Source: Deltaproteobacteria bacterium
Lineage (GTDB): Bacteria; Desulfobacterota; Desulfobacteria; Desulfobacterales; UBA11574
Reading direction: 5' to 3'
DNA length: 62,148 bases
NCBI GenBank assembly: GCA_019308685.1
Contig: JAFDHQ010000024.1
Location: 1 to 62,148, forward strand
Part shown: positions 56,292 through 62,148 of the stretch, in pieces
Layout: each line of letters starts with the position of its first letter
Numbering within the stretch: the first letter of the stretch is position 1
Notes under the pieces: generated by a model
Told to the model about the DNA's origin: nothing
Database searches by the model: none
The model's input: the letters and a program-made list of their open reading frames with translations, nothing else
Position numbers and translations under genes: made by a program

Positions 56292-57257
56292 ATGAAAAAC
56301 CAGTTTATAACGGATATCAAGGCCGGGGATTCGATTGATGATATCTTTGTATTATCCGAAAAAAATCTTTCCCAGAAAAAAGATGGGAATAATTTTTTAA
56401 ATGTGAGTTTATCCGATAAAACAGGAACATTAAAAGGTGTGGTATGGGACAATGTGGATCAGATAACCGCCGGTGTAACTTCCGGTGATTTTGTATATAT
56501 TAAGGGAACTGTTAATGAATATAAAGGGACTTTGCAGCTGGTCATCAAAAAGATGGAAGCATTTTCCGCTGATGAAGTAGATCCTGCCGATTTTTTGCCC
56601 ACGACTCGCCGAAACATCGAGGACATGTTCGATCGGATTTTGAAAATAACTGCTTCCATTGAAACCGTTTATTTCAGGCAGCTTATTCAAGCATTCTTGA
56701 ATGATGAAAATTTTGTTCGAGAATTTAAAATCGCACCTGCAGCAAAAAAAGTGCACCATGCTTATATTGGAGGTCTTCTGGAACATACCCTGTCAATGGC
56801 GAGTCTGGCTGACAAAATTGCCGGGCATTACAGCGGAATTGACAGAGATCTCCTGATTGCCGGTGCAATTCTACATGATATCGGCAAAACAAGAGAATTC
56901 GAATACCAATTCAGGATAGACTACTCTGACCAGGGTCGGTTGCTGAACCATATTGTGATAGGGATCGAAATGATCGATGAAAAACTAACAGGAATTAGGG
57001 AGTTCCCGGAAGATCAGATGGTTTTGCTCAAGCACATGATTGTGAGTCATCATGGCACCCGGGAATTCGGGTCACCCGAACCACCCAAAACCATTGAAGC
57101 GGTTATACTGAATTATATTGATGAGATAGATTCAAAGGTTAGTGGCATCCGTGATTTTATGGCCAAAGAAGATCCCAATGAGCCCTGGACCTCTTATCAC
57201 AGACTGCTTGAGCGGCATTTTTATAAAGGGAAAAAGAAACAGGGAACCTCTCAATAA
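56292..57257 (+). CDS. OB-fold plus HD-domain 3'-5' exoribonuclease (YhaM-like)
   Basis: N-terminal OB fold (LSDKTGTLKGVVWD), then an HD domain (HHAYIGGLLEHT...ILHDIGK). I prefer the ATG at 56292 over the ORF-track start at 56241. Confidence 0.75.
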   Translation: MKNQFITDIKAGDSIDDIFVLSEKNLSQKKDGNNFLNVSLSDKTGTLKGVVWDNVDQITAGVTSGDFVYIKGTVNEYKGTLQLVIKKMEAFSADEVDPADFLPTTRRNIEDMFDRILKITASIETVYFRQLIQAFLNDENFVREFKIAPAAKKVHHAYIGGLLEHTLSMASLADKIAGHYSGIDRDLLIAGAILHDIGKTREFEYQFRIDYSDQGRLLNHIVIGIEMIDEKLTGIREFPEDQMVLLKHMIVSHHGTREFGSPEPPKTIEAVILNYIDEIDSKVSGIRDFMAKEDPNEPWTSYHRLLERHFYKGKKKQGTSQ

Positions 57258-57342
57258 GTGTTGGACCATTAGATAATGATACTGACCAGTGGGTTCCTAA
57301 TTAAAAAATTTAGCTCACTTTAGACATTTGAATGGGAGTGTT

Positions 57343-57984
57343 ATGTTTATCTCCTTTGAGGGAATAGAAGGTTCGGGCAAGACAACCCAGATTAACCATA
57401 TGGATAAATTTCTTCGAGACAACGGTCATGACTGTGTCATCACAAGAGAGCCGGGAGGAACCCGAATCGGAGAAAAAATACGGGCCATTCTTTTAGACCC
57501 CGAAAGTAAAGATATGGACCCTTTGACGGAACTTCTGTTGTATTCCGCTGACCGGGCCCAGCATATCAGAGAATTCATATATCCATTTTTATCGGCGGGC
57601 AAAACGGTTCTATGTGACCGTTTCTATGACGCCACAGTTGTTTATCAAGGTTTTGCAAGAGGATTAGATATCGGGTTAATAGACAAACTCCATAAATTGC
57701 TGTTTGAAGACTTAAATCCGGACATTACGTTTTTGCTTGATCTTCCCCCTGAAAAGGGGCTTTCACGAGCCTGGAAACAGATTGAAAACGGCGCAAGGGA
57801 GAGTGTTGAAACCCGATTTGAAGAAGAAAAACGTTCATTCCACAATAAAGTGCGCTCCGGTTATCTGGAGCTTGCACGCCTTGAGCCCGGCCGGTTTAAG
57901 GTTATCGACGCATCTATGGACGAGAATCAGGTTCGCAATGAAATCATAAAGATATTGTCTAGTGAAATTGATACAAATACCTAA
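57343..57984 (+). CDS. tmk: thymidylate kinase
   Basis: FISFEGIEGSGKTTQ P-loop and the DRF/Y motif. GGGAG RBS before the ATG at 57343. Confidence 0.9.
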   Translation: MFISFEGIEGSGKTTQINHMDKFLRDNGHDCVITREPGGTRIGEKIRAILLDPESKDMDPLTELLLYSADRAQHIREFIYPFLSAGKTVLCDRFYDATVVYQGFARGLDIGLIDKLHKLLFEDLNPDITFLLDLPPEKGLSRAWKQIENGARESVETRFEEEKRSFHNKVRSGYLELARLEPGRFKVIDASMDENQVRNEIIKILSSEIDTNT

Positions 57985-58007
57985 CGAAAAAATGAGGTAT
58001 TTTAATA

Positions 58008-60293
58008 ATGACCCACTCAATTCTTGAGGCCATCGGTAATACACCGCTTGTTGAAATAAAAAACCTTAATCCGAATCCGCGGGTAAAAATCCTGGCAAAA
58101 CTGGAGTATTTTAACCCGGGTGGTTCCATCAAAGACAGAGCTGCTCTTTTTATGATCGAAAACGGTGAGAAATCCGGCGAACTGACCCCCGATAAAACAG
58201 TAATCGAGGCCACAAGCGGAAACACGGGCATCGGATTGGCACTGGTATGTTCGGTAAAAGGATATAAGCTTCTATTAACCATGTCCGAGTTTGCCAGCGT
58301 TGAGCGGCAAAAGATCTTAAAAGCCCGTGGCGCGGAAATTTTATTGACCCCCGGACATCTGGGGACGGATGGCGCCATTGAGGAGGTCTATCGGTTGGCC
58401 AGGGAAAACCCCGAATTATATTTTATGGCGGATCAATATAACAATCCCGCGAACTGGCAGGCCCACTATTTTGGAACAGCCGTTGAAATCTGGGAGCAGA
58501 CCGGCGGAAAGGTGTCTGCAGTTGTCGCCACCATAGGTACAAGCGGAACCCTTATGGGTCTTGCAAGACGGTTGAAAGAATATAACCCCGATATACGGAT
58601 CATCGGCGTTGAGCCTTATCTGGGGCATAAAATTCAAGGCCTAAAAAATATGAAAGAGGCTTATCGCCCTGAGATTTTTGAAAAAAAACTTCTTGATGAA
58701 ATTGTAAATATCGATGACGAAGATGCCTTTGAGATGACGAGGCAGCTTGCAAAACAAGACGGTCTATTTGTGGGTATGAGCAGTGGCGCCGCCATGGTCA
58801 TTGCTCAACAGCAGGCTGAGAAAATGGCTGAAGGTACGATCGTGGTGATATTTCCGGACGGTGGTGAACGATATTTAAGCACACCGCTTTTTACGGTGCG
58901 CGAAAAAATAGGCCTAAAACTGTTCAACACCATAGGCCGGACCAAAGAACCCTTTGAACCGCTTTTACCGGGCAAGGTCTCCCTCTATTCATGCGGGCCC
59001 ACGGTACATGCAAGAATGCATTTGGGAGAATGCAGGCGTTTTGTATTTTCAGATCTTTTGTATCGTTATCTTAAATACAGGGGGTATGATGTTACACATA
59101 TCATGAACATAACAGATCTGGACGACAAGACCATAAACGGGTCTGAAAAAGCGGGTGTAAAGCTTTCTCAATTTACTGAAAAACATATCGATTCCTTTAA
59201 AAAGGATTTAGATTTTCTTGAAATTAAGCCGGCCTCTAAATACCCTAAAACCAGCGAACATGTCGAGGATATGGTTGCGTTGGCTGAAAAACTGGTGAAA
59301 AAAGGATATGCATATGAGAAACTAAGATCTTTGTACTTTGATATTTCTCGCTTTTCCGATTATGGCAGTCTGTCTGGTATCGATATCAACAAAATAAAAC
59401 TGGGTGCTACCGTAGATCTTGATGAATATGAAAAGGATAATCCAAGAGACTTTACGCTTTTTAAAAGATCCAGACTCTCTGAACTGAAAAGAGGAATATT
59501 CACTAAAACCGAATGGGGCAATGTGCGTCCGTCATGGCACATTCAGTGCGTTGCCATGGCAATGAAATATCTTGGGGAAAGCTATGATATCCACACCAGC
59601 GGCCGAGAGCTGGTTTTCCCCCACAACGAAAATGTCATCGCAATTGCCGGTGCTATGACCGGCAAACCCCTTGCAAGATACTGGGTGCACTGCGACCGGG
59701 TCTTGGTGGACGGTAAAAAAATAGACGAACAGGGGACAGAACTTACCACCCTTTCCGATCTGGCAGATATGGGATATTCCGGCAGGATGATCAGATACTG
59801 GTTGCTTTCCGTACATTACAGAAAACCCGTTGTTTTTTCAAAGAAAAGGCTTGAAGATGCCAAACGTTCCTTAAAAAGGCTTGATGCCTGTATCTATTCT
59901 CTGGTTCACGTGAAATCGGGCGCTTCTTCTTATCCCGAGTTGGACCAGCTTTTGTACGACTTAAAACACGGTTTTGTCAGCGCTATGGATGATGACCTGA
60001 ATATATCGGCCGCCATGGCCTCGATTTTTAAAATTGTAAAAAAGGTGAATATCCTGACTCAGGAAAAAAGAATAGATCCGGACGGTGCGGCAAATATTGT
60101 GGATGCGTTTCGTAACATAGATTCTGTATTAAAAATATTCGATTTTCAAGATGAATTTCATGACCCTGAGGTCGATCGCCTGATCAAACAACGAGATAAC
60201 GCCAGGCTGGAGAAAAATTGGGATCTTGCCGATAAGATTCGGGACCAGTTAAAAGCCATGGGGATTACCATAAAAGATAAGAAATCGATTTGA
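58008..60293 (+). CDS. fusion protein: cysteine synthase (CysK/CysM-type PLP enzyme, aa 1-~298) plus a cysteinyl-tRNA-synthetase-like domain (aa ~302-761) with degenerate class-I motifs
   Basis: The N-terminal half has SIKDR (PLP lysine), TSGNTGIG, GTSGT and SSGAA. The C-terminal half aligns along its whole length with CysRS (LFNT..R.KE.F.P, CGPTV, NITD.DDK, WHI.C, FPH.EN, AMDDDLN and a C-terminal KNW..AD.IRD.L...GI domain). The HIGH position reads HLGE (59019-59030) and the KMSKS position reads KIDEQ (59718-59732). It is a single uninterrupted ORF. Confidence 0.85.
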   Translation: MTHSILEAIGNTPLVEIKNLNPNPRVKILAKLEYFNPGGSIKDRAALFMIENGEKSGELTPDKTVIEATSGNTGIGLALVCSVKGYKLLLTMSEFASVERQKILKARGAEILLTPGHLGTDGAIEEVYRLARENPELYFMADQYNNPANWQAHYFGTAVEIWEQTGGKVSAVVATIGTSGTLMGLARRLKEYNPDIRIIGVEPYLGHKIQGLKNMKEAYRPEIFEKKLLDEIVNIDDEDAFEMTRQLAKQDGLFVGMSSGAAMVIAQQQAEKMAEGTIVVIFPDGGERYLSTPLFTVREKIGLKLFNTIGRTKEPFEPLLPGKVSLYSCGPTVHARMHLGECRRFVFSDLLYRYLKYRGYDVTHIMNITDLDDKTINGSEKAGVKLSQFTEKHIDSFKKDLDFLEIKPASKYPKTSEHVEDMVALAEKLVKKGYAYEKLRSLYFDISRFSDYGSLSGIDINKIKLGATVDLDEYEKDNPRDFTLFKRSRLSELKRGIFTKTEWGNVRPSWHIQCVAMAMKYLGESYDIHTSGRELVFPHNENVIAIAGAMTGKPLARYWVHCDRVLVDGKKIDEQGTELTTLSDLADMGYSGRMIRYWLLSVHYRKPVVFSKKRLEDAKRSLKRLDACIYSLVHVKSGASSYPELDQLLYDLKHGFVSAMDDDLNISAAMASIFKIVKKVNILTQEKRIDPDGAANIVDAFRNIDSVLKIFDFQDEFHDPEVDRLIKQRDNARLEKNWDLADKIRDQLKAMGITIKDKKSI

Positions 60294-60313
60294 CTAATAC
60301 ATAGAGAGGAATT

Positions 60314-61315
60314 ATGAAACCCGTTTATTTTCCATTTACATTTATTTCAAAACCTGTTTGCCAAACACTTGCAGCTTGTTTCAGGCAGACCGTCGTGTAT
60401 CAAATCTCAAGCATAAAAATACCGGATGAGATGCAACATTGGGGAGAAAGGGGCATTCTCGACATTCGGATGCCCGTGAAATATGACGGAGACAAACTTG
60501 ATGCAGTTGTCAAACAATACCGTTCCTGGGCAACTTCCCACCAGGGAAGCGAAATCGCTTTTTTAAAATCCAGAGCCCATGAGATTCCGTTTTTTGATGA
60601 AAACTCGACAAGACAGATAACGGCTGATATCAAAAGCAAGAGGGATCGACAAAACCGTTCGCAAAAAAAATCCGACCCTCTGCTGAATGCCGGATTGTTT
60701 CTTCATCTTGCCCGGGAATATGACATTCAGAACCTCACATTAAGTCAGGATCTTCAGGCCATAGAAGCCATTGAACAGGATTTCATGAGAGATCTTAAAG
60801 GCGAAGACCAGGTTCTTGATGAAGAAACTGCTCTGGAAAAAACATTGGAAAATCATGACCCGGGACATTACATGACAAAAGAGCGGATACACGCATGGAG
60901 CCGTCTTATGCAACAGGATCGACAAGATTCCGGACTTTTTGTTACCACCAGCAAGTCTGTTTTTGAGTCTTTGATCGACAGCGCGCCCGAGGCGGAACTT
61001 GTGGTTGTTTTAGACGCCATACCGGTGGTTGACAAAAGGGGTGAAGCTCTAGAAACATGGCAGGATGAATTAATGAAACATCTTGAGATGCTTGCGACCC
61101 ATGACTGGCCTGCACCGACAGATAACATTAATACTGTACCACAAGACTCCGGATGCGAGAAAAATGTTTTTTTATCTCTCTATATTGTGCCCGGTAAAAC
61201 ACCGCACGAATATTTTGCTTGTTATGCTGAAAACGATTCGTTGGATGTCAAAGATAAAAATAAGGGAACAAAATTCAAAAATACGTTGTTAGGACTTATC
61301 CAAAAGTATAGTTGA
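60314..61315 (+). CDS. hypothetical protein with no recognisable motifs
   Basis: 333-aa ORF starting 20 nt after the fusion gene, with a GAGAGGA RBS. A strong terminator follows it. Confidence 0.6.
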   Translation: MKPVYFPFTFISKPVCQTLAACFRQTVVYQISSIKIPDEMQHWGERGILDIRMPVKYDGDKLDAVVKQYRSWATSHQGSEIAFLKSRAHEIPFFDENSTRQITADIKSKRDRQNRSQKKSDPLLNAGLFLHLAREYDIQNLTLSQDLQAIEAIEQDFMRDLKGEDQVLDEETALEKTLENHDPGHYMTKERIHAWSRLMQQDRQDSGLFVTTSKSVFESLIDSAPEAELVVVLDAIPVVDKRGEALETWQDELMKHLEMLATHDWPAPTDNINTVPQDSGCEKNVFLSLYIVPGKTPHEYFACYAENDSLDVKDKNKGTKFKNTLLGLIQKYS

Positions 61316-61342
61316 TCAAATAGTGATCATCGAATACTGGAT

Positions 61343-61386
61343 GCCCGGAAAGCTGCACATCCCTGCACGTTTTTCCGGGCTTTTTA
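61343..61386 (+). terminator. intrinsic terminator
   Basis: 9-bp stem gcccggaaa/tttccgggc (61343-61351 with 61372-61380), followed by ttttt. Confidence 0.7.
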
Positions 61387-61492
61387 TATTGTTTTCATTT
61401 TTCTTGTTCAATCAAAGCAGTTCCTTGATCCTGCAATCTATCAAAAGGGGATGTTGCTCACCTTGGTGGGAATACTCAAGGGGAGCAAGGTT

Positions 61493-62148
61493 CTATCTAT
61501 TGGTGGTTTCGATTATGTCTATCCTTTCCAATTTTTCTTCAAAAATAGCCTTTTGTGCCTCTAACACACCGGAAGCTTTCACAAGTTCATCATAAAGTTT
61601 TTCGATGTTCGCATGACAACGGTCAATCGACTTTGAAAGCTCCGTTATTCTGTTACCGTCACCGGTCTGTGTGACCGTTTGCATGGCGGCGTGAAGTTCA
61701 GCGAGCGTTTTTTAAGGCCTTATCGCCGTCAAACAGCATGGCCCCGCAGATATTGCGCGCCTGCTGACGATCGACATCTGAATGTGAATAGAGAATTTCC
61801 TCTTCAACGGTTTGAGTATGGACCAGGCTTTGGATATTGGTTTGCTCAAAAAAACCTTTCCGGACAGCGGGGTTTAAGACAATATTACCGCTTTTCGACT
61901 TGAGCACTCCGGCCAATAGTCTTAGCAGGGTGGTTTTACCTTTACCGTTTTTTCCCACAACACAGATGCGCTCTCCTGCCCCGATGGTCATGTTAAAATT
62001 CTTGATTAACGGTTTACGGGAATCATAAGAAAAGGATAAATCCCGGACGCTCAAGACGTGCTTGCCGAGAAAAGAACGGCTTCTGAAGGCAAAATCAAGG
62101 GTTTTGAGCTTCTCCAGTTTTTCTTTTTTTCCTATTTTTGAAAGGGTT
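61493..62148 (-). pseudogene. ABC-F-type ATPase remnant (continues beyond the window edge), with an internal deletion and a frame break
   Basis: An open frame from the window edge encodes linker and Walker A sequence (GKNGKGKTTLLRLL) and a Q-loop region, then stops at 61698 just where the LSGG signature should follow (...GAMLFDGDKALKNAR*). A coiled-coil ABC-F-like tail continues in the next frame to 61493. The frames meet at an A6 run (61707-61712 on the minus strand). The signature, Walker B and H-loop are all absent. Confidence 0.6.

Noticed and set aside
61323-61595. 90-aa plus-strand ORF downstream of the hypothetical gene.
   Set aside because: It spans the terminator hairpin and runs antisense to the ABC-F tail. 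It has no RBS and a hydrophobic, low-complexity translation.
1-62148. Search for a classic defence or mobile island: integrase, transposase, phage genes, RM, toxin-antitoxin, reverse transcriptase, Cas, Abi-type genes.
   Set aside because: None of the translated ORFs shows the corresponding motifs. The only mobile-looking features are small non-autonomous repeat elements. The unusual biology in this window therefore appears to lie in atypical housekeeping-like enzymes, not in a defence island.

Overview
Gene-dense 62-kb chromosomal segment with about 55 protein genes and one tRNA. It is dominated by housekeeping functions: liv ABC transporter, der, rarA, cmk-rpsA, guaB, dnaE, hppA, pth-ctc-prs-tRNA(Gln)-ispE, metG, holB, lptD, surE and tmk. 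It also holds a complete MoxR/DUF58/BatA-E 'aerotolerance' operon and a four-subunit OorDABC-type 2-oxoacid:ferredoxin oxidoreductase. The gene content suggests an anaerobic Gram-negative organism, possibly a sulfate-reducing deltaproteobacterium, but this is inference only. I saw no transposase, integrase, phage, CRISPR, restriction-modification, reverse transcriptase or classic toxin-antitoxin genes.

The most unusual items are:
1. One 761-aa ORF fuses a complete PLP cysteine-synthase domain to a CysRS-like domain. Its class-I signature motifs are degenerate (HIGH is HLGE, KMSKS is KIDEQ). A co-oriented 333-aa protein of unknown function follows it.
2. A 1248-aa GlmS-like protein (Ntn amidotransferase plus SIS domains) carries an N-terminal pro-sequence, large insertions and a roughly 200-aa C-terminal extension. 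It lies next to a monofunctional PBP.
3. An orphan NusG paralog is preceded by a 210-bp element bounded by terminal inverted repeats.
4. Several families of small intergenic repeat elements occur, some inserted directly against stop codons.
5. A 1.16-kb AT-rich ORF-poor island contains an embedded GC-rich hairpin.
6. Ribosomal protein S1 carries an N-terminal acidic 30-bp tandem-repeat extension.
7. Two genes are disrupted: a frameshifted acyl-CoA dehydrogenase and an ABC-F ATPase remnant.

All functional calls come from reading the translated ORFs and recognising motifs by eye. No database search was possible.
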